IMG/VR virus record: IMGVR_UViG_3300009151_000034
Coordinates: 64,001-128,000 of that record
Strand: one strand, 5' to 3'
Origin: a virus
Length of the DNA stretch: 64,000 nucleotides
Position numbers and translations under genes: made by a program. The notes below the pieces were generated by a model. It was not told the DNA's origin and did no database searches. It saw nothing but the letters and a program-made list of their open reading frames with translations. Of this stretch, positions 18,650-27,919 are shown piece by piece (position 1 is the first letter of the stretch; every line of letters starts with the position of its first letter).

Positions 18650-19866
18650 TATTTAAAATCCTTAAAATTATTCTTGTTAAATTTAGGTTTGCTACTGTAA
18701 AATTCATCATTATCACGAGTTCCAAATGAAGTTTTGTCCATCAAAGGTCGATCATCAACAATATCACTCTGTGCAATATCTTCAACATCATACAATTTCA
18801 TCTTGCTCTTGTCAACTCCAATCACAAAACGTTTGTGCAGAGAAATATCATTATATCTGTTCTTCAATTGCTTCACCATAATTTGATTCATCGCTGCAAG
18901 TTCTTCGGTGCTGATAAGGGCAATCATCAAATCAGCAGTAGCAGGAAGTCCAAAGCTTTCTGATGTATCTTCAAGACCAACATCAGAATTATTAAAACCA
19001 CCACGAGTTGTTTGTGTGGCTGTAACAATTGGAACATTAAATTCCACGGCCAAACCACGAAGTTCCTCTGCGATAGCCTTGACATATGTATAGCTGTTAA
19101 TATTAGCTGTATATTTTATTCGAGAACTAGAACAAATGTTTAGATAGTCAATATAAATAATATCAGGCTTGAAATTCTTTTTTAACTTCAACTCATTAAG
19201 AAGATAACGAAAGTTTGATGAACCAGCAGAGGAAGTTGGGTATTCTTTGATGATTATCTTGCCCATAGTTTTACTTTTGATACGGTCAATCTTGCGCTGA
19301 TAGGTTTCCTTTGGCATCATAGATAGTTCTTTGATTGGAGTATCAAGTAAGTTGGCATCGATACGTTCTGCGATTCGTTCTTCTGCCATTTCCATTGTGA
19401 TGTAAAGAACATTCTTACCAGCCATAAGATTAGCAGCAGCACAATGACACATGAAAAGAGATTTACCAACACCAGTATTGTGTGATGATACACCATTTGT
19501 ATAATATCTGTGGTTTTCGTGATCAACTTGAATATCAACGATTGGTATTTTATTATTTATTTTTTTAACAATTCCACGAACGTAACCACAATCAGTAAAA
19601 AACATCTGATAATCGTTAGTTAAATCTTTTGCATATTCCCACCCATTTTTAGTTTCAAATAAATGATTCTCATTTACTCGGACAATTCGGTTATCATCAG
19701 TCTCTAAACGATATTCGTCCCATTCTCCCTTATCAACAAACGTAGATACCGGAACAAATCCATCAGGTGAAGTAACTTCTATTTCATAACCATCAGAAAT
19801 ATATTTTGCAATTTCGCCAATTTTTATTTCTTTTTCTTGCCATTCGGTCATAAGTTTTTCTTTCAT
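18649..19866 (-). CDS. 41: split-intein C-fragment + C-terminal half of gp41 replicative helicase
   Basis: VDIQV..YYTNGVSSHN|TGVGKS splice junction then DnaB-like motifs ITMEMAEE, IDYLN, TATQTTR. Confidence 0.93.
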   Translation of the reverse strand: MKEKLMTEWQEKEIKIGEIAKYISDGYEIEVTSPDGFVPVSTFVDKGEWDEYRLETDDNRIVRVNENHLFETKNGWEYAKDLTNDYQMFFTDCGYVRGIVKKINNKIPIVDIQVDHENHRYYTNGVSSHNTGVGKSLFMCHCAAANLMAGKNVLYITMEMAEERIAERIDANLLDTPIKELSMMPKETYQRKIDRIKSKTMGKIIIKEYPTSSAGSSNFRYLLNELKLKKNFKPDIIYIDYLNICSSSRIKYTANINSYTYVKAIAEELRGLAVEFNVPIVTATQTTRGGFNNSDVGLEDTSESFGLPATADLMIALISTEELAAMNQIMVKQLKNRYNDISLHKRFVIGVDKSKMKLYDVEDIAQSDIVDDRPLMDKTSFGTRDNDEFYSSKPKFNKNNFKDFK

Positions 19867-19903
19867 TTTATATAAATAAAGTTAACAGGAACGGGAGGTA
19901 TTA

Positions 19904-20533
19904 TTGATGTTTAACATGATATACAATAATTTATGTCGTAGCAGAAGTCAACTAAAAAATTTATGGGTTAAAGGATCAAATATTCATCGTCATCACATTA
20001 TACCAAAACATCAAGGTGGATTAGACGAAGAAACAAATTACACTTATCTTTCGGTGAGAGAACACATTATAGCCCATTATCTATTATGGAAAATTCATAA
20101 GAAACCAAACGATTTACGCGCTATGCATATGTTAGGTTGTAATTTAACTAGTGAACAAAGAAAAACGATTGGTATTTGGTGTAAAGATAATAATATAGGA
20201 ATATTTGACCCAACTAAAAATTTTAAATCAGAATGGTCAAAGCGTGGGGCTAAAACTCAAATGGATAAAAAGATCGGAATACATAATCCAGATAATTTCA
20301 AAAAAAATGCTTCTTTTGGAGGTAAAGCAGGAGCAAAAATTCAAATGGATAAAAAGATCGGAATACATAATCCAGATAATTTCAAAAAGAATTCCTCTCT
20401 TGGGGGTAAAGCACTTAAGAATATGGTTTGTGTAACAAATGGAAAACACAGGACAAGAATTCATCCTGAAAGATTAGAGGAATTCTTGTCAAATGGTTAT
20501 ATCAAAGGGTTTGTTCTTTTTACCGATATCTAA
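19904..20533 (+). mobile_element. free-standing HNH homing endonuclease between the gp41 halves
   Basis: HRHHIIPKHQGG..N...L..REH..AH..L; TATAAATA at 19871-19878; internal 27-aa duplication. Confidence 0.85.
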
Positions 20534-21146
20534 TTTTAATTAACGTATCAGGATGAACACAGCCTGCAAGAATAACATTGAGTGTCTTGTTTGGTAATCC
20601 ATCATCAGTGATTTTGTTTAGATAAGATAGATCGAAAGCAACACGAACTTCTTTACGGTGATAAAAATCATAGCGAGAATCACTATCATCTATCCAGTTA
20701 TGCCCAATATTACTATCAAAACTAACCGCAAGCGCATCAGACAAAATCTGTGGAATAGAACCCTTAGATAATGTTTTTTCTGAGCTTCCATCTATGATTT
20801 GAATAGACTGCCGAATACCATTATAGATTGCTTTTTCTTGACAAAACTTTTCAGTCTGATCTACAAGCCATTCAATACTCGTATCAGGTTCAAAGTCTAA
20901 TTGGCTAATCGACTGCGATGCACTAGTAAAAACATTTTGGTCAACATGTTCTTTGTTGGAAAGTTCAATATTAAGCGCCTCTTGTGTAGGAAAATTATTA
21001 TATTTTTGAACATAGTTATTAATTAATTCAAATATAATTCTATCACCGCCATTTTCGAAATATTCTTGTTTTAGGAATGGAATAACCTTCCTGCCATACT
21101 CTTCGCGTAGAATCAGATTTCCGAAAATAACTTGTTCAAAACTCAT
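20520..21146 (-). CDS. 41: N-terminal half of gp41 helicase + 13-aa split-intein N-fragment
   Basis: gp41 N-domain ending KTLNVILAG|CVHPDTLIKIRYR*. Confidence 0.92.
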   Translation of the reverse strand: MSFEQVIFGNLILREEYGRKVIPFLKQEYFENGGDRIIFELINNYVQKYNNFPTQEALNIELSNKEHVDQNVFTSASQSISQLDFEPDTSIEWLVDQTEKFCQEKAIYNGIRQSIQIIDGSSEKTLSKGSIPQILSDALAVSFDSNIGHNWIDDSDSRYDFYHRKEVRVAFDLSYLNKITDDGLPNKTLNVILAGCVHPDTLIKIRYR

Positions 21147-21155
21147 AAAAAACTC

Positions 21156-21371
21156 CTATAAAAACTTATTTTCGACTTTAAATATTCCTGCACAATAATT
21201 CTCTGCCATATCATGTGCATAGTGCATGTTATGATCTTTACATTCTTGTAAATCTAACATGATATCATCTTTATAGAATTCTATAAAGATGGTCATGCCA
21301 ATAACAGAGATGGCAGATTTTAGTCTGCCATCCTTGCTATAATATACTTCATTATGACTCGGTAGACTCAT
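21156..21371 (-). CDS. hypothetical protein
   Basis: 71-aa ORF between uvsX and 41. Confidence 0.55.
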   Translation of the reverse strand: MSLPSHNEVYYSKDGRLKSAISVIGMTIFIEFYKDDIMLDLQECKDHNMHYAHDMAENYCAGIFKVENKFL

Positions 21372-22395
21372 TCTCCATCATCTCCCCTTGTGCCATAGTA
21401 TACTTGTTCTTAATCCATGATGCGAAGTCTGTTGTCTTAAGAACATCTTTCCAAAACTCGGAATTATTATCGATCTCAGATGCACGATAATTCTTGCTGA
21501 GTTCACCAGTTTCCTTATCAACCTTGGCATACCATCCGTTCTTTGGCTTTACAATATAGCCTGCTTCAACTGCCAAGTCAAGTAGTCCTGACCATTTATT
21601 GATGCCACCGTCATAAGAAACCGTAATAGGAATTTTTGACTTTTCTTTGACGTAACGAGACTTTTCGACATTAATGATAAAGTGATAACCTTTGATTTCT
21701 TTATCATCCTTATCTTGCTGGCGACCAAGAATCCAAATATTATCAGCACCATAATATGAACCAGTGCCACCACCTACAATATCTTTCGGATATAGACCGA
21801 TTTCTTTGTAAGTATGATTAATCACAACCATAGGAATATCCTTAAGTGTTAACTTGGCTGTCACAATGCGGAAGAAAGACTTGAGAGCTTTTGCTCGTGT
21901 CATATCAGCAACAGTCTTACCTTCGATTGCGTCTTCGGTTTCTTTCTTGGATGCAAGATTTCCAATCGAATCAATAACAATAAAAATTTTATCCTCTCGA
22001 CTTAGTTCTTTCAATTGAACCGAAAGATCATGCTTTAGTTCTTCCACATCGGTAACGGGTGAGTGAATGACCGAATCGTGCGGAATATTGAAAGTATCAA
22101 AATATCCTTGAGGCGTTCCAAATTCTGAATCATAAAACAAAATAAGACCATCCTTATACTTACGAAGGAAAGCAGAAGCCAAAAGTAAAGCAAACCCGGT
22201 CTTAAAATGTTTTGATGGTCCTGCAAGCATTGTTACACCTGGGGTAATTCCACCATCAAGTGAACCAGAAAGTGCCACATTGATCATTGGAATTGGTGTA
22301 GGAATCATATCTTTTTTAGAATAAATTTTACTCTCACTAAGCATAGAAGTATGTTCGAGTGTAGAGTTCTTGATTAGCTTATCACGTAGAGACAT
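21352..22395 (-). CDS. uvsX: RecA-like recombinase UvsX
   Basis: AGPSKHFKT, YDSEFG, IDSIGNLASKKE; start MSLRDKL with AAGGA RBS. Confidence 0.95.
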   Translation of the reverse strand: MSLRDKLIKNSTLEHTSMLSESKIYSKKDMIPTPIPMINVALSGSLDGGITPGVTMLAGPSKHFKTGFALLLASAFLRKYKDGLILFYDSEFGTPQGYFDTFNIPHDSVIHSPVTDVEELKHDLSVQLKELSREDKIFIVIDSIGNLASKKETEDAIEGKTVADMTRAKALKSFFRIVTAKLTLKDIPMVVINHTYKEIGLYPKDIVGGGTGSYYGADNIWILGRQQDKDDKEIKGYHFIINVEKSRYVKEKSKIPITVSYDGGINKWSGLLDLAVEAGYIVKPKNGWYAKVDKETGELSKNYRASEIDNNSEFWKDVLKTTDFASWIKNKYTMAQGEMMENESTES

Positions 22396-22574
22396 TTTAT
22401 TTTCCTTTTGTATGCTTATATTTCGTTTTGAAAGTATTTTACGGGCTTCTCTGAATGCTTCTTTAACTGCATCATATCCCTTTTCATGACCACTTGATCT
22501 ATACCACTCACAATCTGGCGGGCATTCTTTTTCTAGTCCACATCCACAGCCGCCACCATGATCATATTTTGCCA

Positions 22575-23682
22575 TTACATATAGTCCTCCAATGTAAGTT
22601 GTCTTTCTGCTTGCCAACCAATAACATCAAGAATTGAAGTAATTGGATCAAGGAAAGTCTTCTGGAACTGCATATCATAATCCACATACTTCTGCAAGTC
22701 AAATTCATCTGGTAGACTTTCAGGGACCGAAATAACCGTATCCTCAATGATATTAGGCATTCTGAGATAAGCAAACTTAATCTTATCATTTTCACCAATC
22801 AACGGATATTTGTTGCTCAGTTCTTCGTTATTTTTAATAAGATTGTTATATAACAGAGCGCCCTTCACATGGATTGGAGTCCCTTTGATGTATACTTCTC
22901 CGTCTACTTTGGAGGCATACTTATCAAGTCCCTTCACCCCACGAGGAAAAGCAATATCCTCGAAAGGAAGATTTCTGAAATTATCTTTGAATTCAGCAAT
23001 AAATGCTTGGGTAGTTTTTTCATCCTTATTCATAATAATTTCGAGTGCCTTCTTGATATTGACACGGGAAGCCTTTGGAGTTGAAGAACGAACCGATTCG
23101 ATACCAGAAACTTTTACTTGTGGTTCAGAAAACTGCACGCCTTCAATATTCCAGGCATTCAAAATATACATCTTCTTTCCTCGCCAAATACCTTTACTGG
23201 CAATCGTTTCGCGTTTCATAAACATCTTTTGCTTATATGCATTCATGTAAGACGCAAGTTCTTCATATGACTTGTTAATCATAGGTTGAATTTTTTGTTC
23301 ACAGAATTCATCAAGCATCTTGACAATTTGTAGTTCGTCAGTGATGCCAACCTTGTTCACTAGACCTTCCATATCAACATAGATCGAGTCCGTATCAGAT
23401 GCAATAAGGTAATCGAAATTTTTGGTCTTGAGAATTCGGTTAAGATATTCATTCATTTTATTTCCGATCCAACGAACGGAAAGTTGTCCTGACATTGTAA
23501 TGGCTTCAGCAAGATTGAAGTCAAACCAGCGGAACCAGACGTTACCAAGAGCACCATATGCTGAGTTAAAGTTGCACCTTTTTGGCTAGTTGCAAATTAT
23601 GATACTTTGAAACATCCCTTTCTACCTTTTTCTTGAGTTCAATCAATTCGCTGTCACTTAATTTGCTGTAATCGTCTAACAA
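22575..23682 (-). CDS. 43: DNA polymerase B, C-terminal subunit (gp43B); needs +1 shift at 23568
   Basis: TTG start with GGAG; KKVQL/NSAYGALGN motif B broken by one extra T; ASDTDSIY motif C. Confidence 0.88.
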
Positions 23683-23744
23683 AACTTATTCTCCAAATAA
23701 CAAAGGTTTGATGTTTTCATCTATAAATAAAATTCCATATTTTT

Positions 23745-25223
23745 TTAGCTTTTAGAAATACCTCTTTTGTTTAGTTCATCATCAATCTTTTGAAGTTTTT
23801 TCTTGGCCTCTGTCATCTTCTCCTTATATTCTACACGGTCGTTATACATCTTTTCCATAAGAGCAGGCAAGAACCCTTGCTTATCCTTACGATACATTGT
23901 GCCGTTGGCAGCATAAGCATATTCGTCTTGAAGATTACCAAGACTACCTTCTAGCAATTCATCAAGACTAGGCCAACCATCTTCGGCTTTCTCAATAAAT
24001 GTTTCGGGTGAAATATTATATTGCATAATCAAATGTGGGTATAGGCTGTTCAAGTCAAACGAGACAACCCACTTGCTAAGGCCCAACCTGGGCTCCTTGA
24101 CATAACCACCAATAAGTTCTTGGTCGAAAGTATTGATCTTCATTCTTGGAACAACAATGCATCGATCCATCAGGTAATTGTGAATGATAATATCCCAAGG
24201 TCGAACCGTAGTAAAAGTGTCAGCATAGTTTACCTTGGCGTCATATGCGAAGGCGATGACCTGTTCGATAAACTTTAACTTTTCTTCAAGTAGATCAATG
24301 AGCGTAACGTCATGCACGTTGTAGTCAATGAACATTTCGAAGTTGCGCTGATACATATCATCAAGTGAAACATATCCTTCGGTTTTGTAATCAAGCTTTT
24401 TCTGACCTAAGACCTTCTCGGCAATATGATCTAGCTTATAGCTTTCTTCGTTACCAAAAGAAAACTTCTTATATAATGCATAATAATCAAGCACATTGAT
24501 ACCGGCAGGAACATACACAGTCATTTCCTTGCCGTGGATTTCAATTTTACGCTCGTTCAAAAATCCCCAAGGCGAAAGAAGATTTGCTTCTTTGTTACCA
24601 AGTATACGTTTGATACGATTTACTATATACGGAATATCAAAAAATTCTATGTTCCAACCAGTGATAATATCAGGAAGAAATCGACCTGACTGCCATACAC
24701 GGAGAAATTTGGTTAATAAATCATGTTCGTCTTTGCAATGAAGATATGTTACTTTATCTGACTTAGACTTGTATGGTTTAAGACCCAATACTACCTTTTC
24801 ACCACGACGACTAACCGTGATTGCCGTGATTTCTTTATCTGCCGTTTCGATATTAGGAAACCCACCAGAGGAATCTGTTTCGATATCGATGCTGATAATA
24901 TTGATCTTACCAACATCATAATGAATATCACCATGAAAATTATCATAGATATAAAGATACGCAAAGTTTTCAAGACCATAGATAGGCTTGCCTGAAACAT
25001 TATCAAAAATCTTAAGATGATCTTTGGCTTCTTTAATAGTATTGAATGGCATCTTGATCAGCGGAGTTCCATCCAAAAGACGAAATTCTGTCTGAGCATT
25101 CTTTGGTGCTAATTCGAAAAGATAGGGAGAATATGGGATTTTTTCAGCTACACGTTCGCCATTCTTATAACCACGAACATAAACCTTGTCACCTCTAGCA
25201 AAAACATTAGTATAAAAATCCAC
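23745..25223 (-). CDS. 43: DNA polymerase B, N-terminal subunit (gp43A)
   Basis: Exo DIET, GWNIEFFD, YNVHD; motif A SFDLNSLYPH. Confidence 0.95.
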   Translation of the reverse strand: MDFYTNVFARGDKVYVRGYKNGERVAEKIPYSPYLFELAPKNAQTEFRLLDGTPLIKMPFNTIKEAKDHLKIFDNVSGKPIYGLENFAYLYIYDNFHGDIHYDVGKINIISIDIETDSSGGFPNIETADKEITAITVSRRGEKVVLGLKPYKSKSDKVTYLHCKDEHDLLTKFLRVWQSGRFLPDIITGWNIEFFDIPYIVNRIKRILGNKEANLLSPWGFLNERKIEIHGKEMTVYVPAGINVLDYYALYKKFSFGNEESYKLDHIAEKVLGQKKLDYKTEGYVSLDDMYQRNFEMFIDYNVHDVTLIDLLEEKLKFIEQVIAFAYDAKVNYADTFTTVRPWDIIIHNYLMDRCIVVPRMKINTFDQELIGGYVKEPRLGLSKWVVSFDLNSLYPHLIMQYNISPETFIEKAEDGWPSLDELLEGSLGNLQDEYAYAANGTMYRKDKQGFLPALMEKMYNDRVEYKEKMTEAKKKLQKIDDELNKRGISKS

Positions 25224-25279
25224 ATTATTCTCCTATCTCATTCAATGTTCAGCAGTATACTATGAGACGGCTGTGGATG

Positions 25280-25894
25280 TCAAGAGAAAAGTTCTAGTGC
25301 TTCCTTGTAGATTTCTTCACGTTCTTGAAGTCCGATTGTTCCACCATTAATACGTTTTGTTGCGCCCAAACAATCTTGACGATCAGCAAACCCATTCAGA
25401 CCATGTTTGTTCCAAAACCAGCCAGCAGACATACATGCACCTTCTGGTGTTTGCATATAGTCAACAGCCTCATCAATGCTCATTCCATTATCTGTTGCAA
25501 ATCCGTGATAATTATCATGTCCTGTGATTTGAATAAATCCACGGCCCCGAAACTTATAGCCATCACCAGATGCTTCGCTACCATTTCCCATACGATTGCT
25601 ATAGACGCGGTTAGCAATTTTTTCTGGTTGATGTGCATATTCTGAAGTATTTACGTTATGAAAATACTTTGGAAAAACTACTGCTAGACGTTCTCCACGA
25701 TAATTCAAACTTTCTTCGGTAATTGTAAGACCACCAGATTCATGACCAACTTGAGCCAAGAACATAGCAATACGTTCTGGGGTATTGATTTCATATTTTT
25801 CAAGCGTTTCATTAAGTGCATCAATATATTTTTTTAGAACAACCGCTTTTGTTGATTCAAAAAGTGATTGAAGTTGATTGAGTGTTACTACCAT
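25280..25894 (-). CDS. GH19 endolysin
   Basis: FLAQVGHESGG, FRGRGFIQITG..NY, TKRINGG. Confidence 0.9.
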   Translation of the reverse strand: MVVTLNQLQSLFESTKAVVLKKYIDALNETLEKYEINTPERIAMFLAQVGHESGGLTITEESLNYRGERLAVVFPKYFHNVNTSEYAHQPEKIANRVYSNRMGNGSEASGDGYKFRGRGFIQITGHDNYHGFATDNGMSIDEAVDYMQTPEGACMSAGWFWNKHGLNGFADRQDCLGATKRINGGTIGLQEREEIYKEALELFS

Positions 25895-25906
25895 GTTTAT
25901 TCTCCA

Positions 25907-25938
25907 TAAAAAAAGGGAGCCATAAAAAGCTCCCCTTT
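25907..25938 (-). terminator. intrinsic terminator
   Basis: GGGAGC/GCTCCC stem with T7 run. Confidence 0.7.
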
Positions 25939-25940
25939 AT

Positions 25941-26105
25941 TTATCTATCGTAATAGCCTTTTCCGATTGCATGGATATCATATTTGGTGATGCCCATGTC
26001 TTTTAGTTCGCGCTCATCTAAGTTTGATAAACTAATTAACATACTTTGATGCTTGAAATGGTTTTTCACCCAACTAGTGAATTGGGCGATTGCGTTTTTA
26101 AACAT
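25941..26105 (-). CDS. DUF1127 small protein
   Basis: LSNLDERELKDMGITKYDI. Confidence 0.8.
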   Translation of the reverse strand: MFKNAIAQFTSWVKNHFKHQSMLISLSNLDERELKDMGITKYDIHAIGKGYYDR

Positions 26106-26112
26106 TTTTTTA

Positions 26113-26610
26113 TTACTCCTGAAGGAATTTTTTGTTTTTACCAGCCTTAGAATCTTCACTAGCATCATTGATATTAATTTTCTTTGGCTTCTTTGATTCG
26201 GGGATGATGTGTTCTAGCCAGACCTTAAGCATACCGTTAAGTAATTCGGCATTCTGAATTTCTACATTGTCGGCTAGGGTGAATTTGCGGGTAAAAGCAC
26301 GATCTGCAATGCCTTTATATACATAAGCCGTGCTGTCTTCTGCTGCTGTATTTACAGCTAGATTTCCTTTGATTAGTAAAGTATTTTCCTCAAGAGTAAG
26401 TTCAATGTCTTGCTTTGAAAAACCAGCAACTGCCATTTCGATAACATATTTGTTATCTTCAACTTTTTTGATATTATATGGGGGGAATGTGCCAGTCATT
26501 GCGGTATTTGCAAGTTCGGCTAATCTTTTTGCCATATGATCGGCTCCTACGAAGTAACGATCAATATTGGACGTATTAATATTATAAATTTTCCAAAAGT
26601 CTGTTGTCAT
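26113..26610 (-). CDS. hsp20: small heat shock protein Hsp20
   Basis: FPPYNI, IEMAVAGF, GIADRAFTRKFTLAD, NGML. Confidence 0.93.
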   Translation of the reverse strand: MTTDFWKIYNINTSNIDRYFVGADHMAKRLAELANTAMTGTFPPYNIKKVEDNKYVIEMAVAGFSKQDIELTLEENTLLIKGNLAVNTAAEDSTAYVYKGIADRAFTRKFTLADNVEIQNAELLNGMLKVWLEHIIPESKKPKKININDASEDSKAGKNKKFLQE

Positions 26611-26675
26611 TTAAGACCTCCTATTAAGCGAGGGTTGTTGTAGTATTCCATGTGACCTCGAAAGCATCACATAAA
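26611..26675 (-). promoter_or_regulatory. ROSE-like RNA thermometer
   Basis: CCTCGCTT opposite AGGAGG SD, plus upstream hairpin ATGTGA/TCACAT. Confidence 0.55.
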
Positions 26676-26709
26676 CTTATTTAGTGCTGGGAAACGAATT
26701 TTCAAGCCT

Positions 26710-26997
26710 TCAGTGATAATTATTTTCCATTTTTTCTTTGGTAGTTATATAAAGCTCACTTGTGTCTTCGTCGTATATAAATACGGGAGTGAGATTTGCC
26801 ATTTTGAATTCTATTGATGCATGTAATAATGTATTAAATGCATTATCCAAATCTTCGCTATCTAAATCTGTGGCAGAATTTTTTATAACATGTTCAGGAA
26901 TTTCATATAGCATATTGTTATAACCCCAGGAGTATCTTATGAATCGAATAGCGATATATTTATTTATTGGAATGTTTGTGTTCGGAACTATTGGCAC
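26710..26997 (-). CDS. hypothetical protein (start probably near 26913)
   Basis: MLYEIPEH... ORF. Confidence 0.45.
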   Translation of the reverse strand: MPIVPNTNIPINKYIAIRFIRYSWGYNNMLYEIPEHVIKNSATDLDSEDLDNAFNTLLHASIEFKMANLTPVFIYDEDTSELYITTKEKMENNYH

Positions 26998-27292
26998 CGC
27001 ATATTACCAATGGAAAAAAAACATTGAGCACGAAGCCTTGTTAGAATTTAATCAAAAGCAAATGGAAAAGAATATAAAAGACCAACAAGAGTTTTCCAAA
27101 AAGCAACAAGAAATTGCCCAGCAGCAACAAGAAGCTTCAGCAATGCTTATCCAACAAAATGCCCAGCTAACATCAAAAATTAAATCGATTGACGGGTATT
27201 TAAGTTCTGATGCAGCCAAGAAAGGCGATAGACCAAGCTCAGATGTTATCAAAAAAACTATCGATATGATCCAACAAGGAAACGTAAAATGA
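26939..27292 (+). CDS. putative inner-membrane spanin
   Basis: N-terminal TM plus coiled coil, overlaps downstream lipoprotein. Confidence 0.6.
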   Translation: MNRIAIYLFIGMFVFGTIGTAYYQWKKNIEHEALLEFNQKQMEKNIKDQQEFSKKQQEIAQQQQEASAMLIQQNAQLTSKIKSIDGYLSSDAAKKGDRPSSDVIKKTIDMIQQGNVK

Positions 27293-27582
27293 AATATTTG
27301 TTATTAACCGGATTGTGTGCTCTGGTTGCATGTTCTGACCCTACACCAGAAATCATAACAAGCACAAAACATCTTGTTGTCATGCCAGATTCATCAATGT
27401 TTGAGTGTCCGTTGATTTCTACTTTTCCTAATACTAAAACTCTTACAGACATTCAGGTTGCTAGTCTAGTTAAAGAATTATATCGAAATAACAAACAATG
27501 TTACACTAATATTAATGCTGTTAAAGAATTCTTAGAACATGCCAAGAAAACCGCTGATACTAAGGAAGAAATAACTAAGTAA
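27289..27582 (+). CDS. putative outer-membrane spanin lipoprotein
   Basis: LVAC lipobox, Pro/Cys periplasmic part. Confidence 0.6.
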   Translation: MKYLLLTGLCALVACSDPTPEIITSTKHLVVMPDSSMFECPLISTFPNTKTLTDIQVASLVKELYRNNKQCYTNINAVKEFLEHAKKTADTKEEITK

Positions 27583-27586
27583 TAAT

Positions 27587-27663
27587 AGCACGGAACCCGT
27601 TTTCGCACTTTCCGGGGTTTGCTGATATTGAAGGAGAAGTGGTTGGCAGATATCAGACGTGCT
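27587..27663 (-). ncRNA. putative 77-nt three-way-junction RNA
   Basis: AGCACG/CGTGCT closing stem, two hairpins with complementary loops; follows tRNA-Cys. Confidence 0.5.
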
Positions 27664-27671
27664 TTATAAAA

Positions 27672-27742
27672 AGTTCCGTGCCGGAATCGAACCAGCCTAG
27701 AAGGATTTGCAGTCCTTCACATAACCAATCTGCCAACGGAAC
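27672..27742 (-). tRNA. tRNA-Cys(GCA)
   Basis: Cloverleaf, AAGGA-CTGCAAA-TCCTT arm; no encoded CCA. Confidence 0.9.
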
Positions 27743-27747
27743 ATATT

Positions 27748-27822
27748 TGGTAGGGACGGATGGATTTGAACCACCGGCATCAAGTGTCAGAGACTTGCGT
27801 TCTACCGCTGAACTACATCCCT
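27748..27822 (-). tRNA. tRNA-Gln(CTG)
   Basis: CAAGT-CTCTGAC-ACTTG arm, CCA end. Confidence 0.9.
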
Positions 27823-27835
27823 ATATTATAATATT

Positions 27836-27909
27836 TGGTAGCGATTGAAGGAATCGAACCCACATTAGCGGAGTCAAAGGCCGCCGTCCTACCGTTGAAC
27901 GAAATCGCC
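27836..27909 (-). tRNA. tRNA-Gln(TTG)
   Basis: CTTTGAC loop, TTCGATT T-loop, CCA end. Confidence 0.88.
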
Positions 27910-27919
27910 ATTAATTTTT

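Noticed and set aside
23683-23744. Split intein or intron in gene 43
   Set aside because: No Cys/Ser-start or HN-end intein motifs on either fragment, and the gap is too short for a self-splicing intron.
27587-27663. Hammerhead ribozyme
   Set aside because: CTGATA is paired in a stem and the CUGANGA/GAAA core is not correctly placed.
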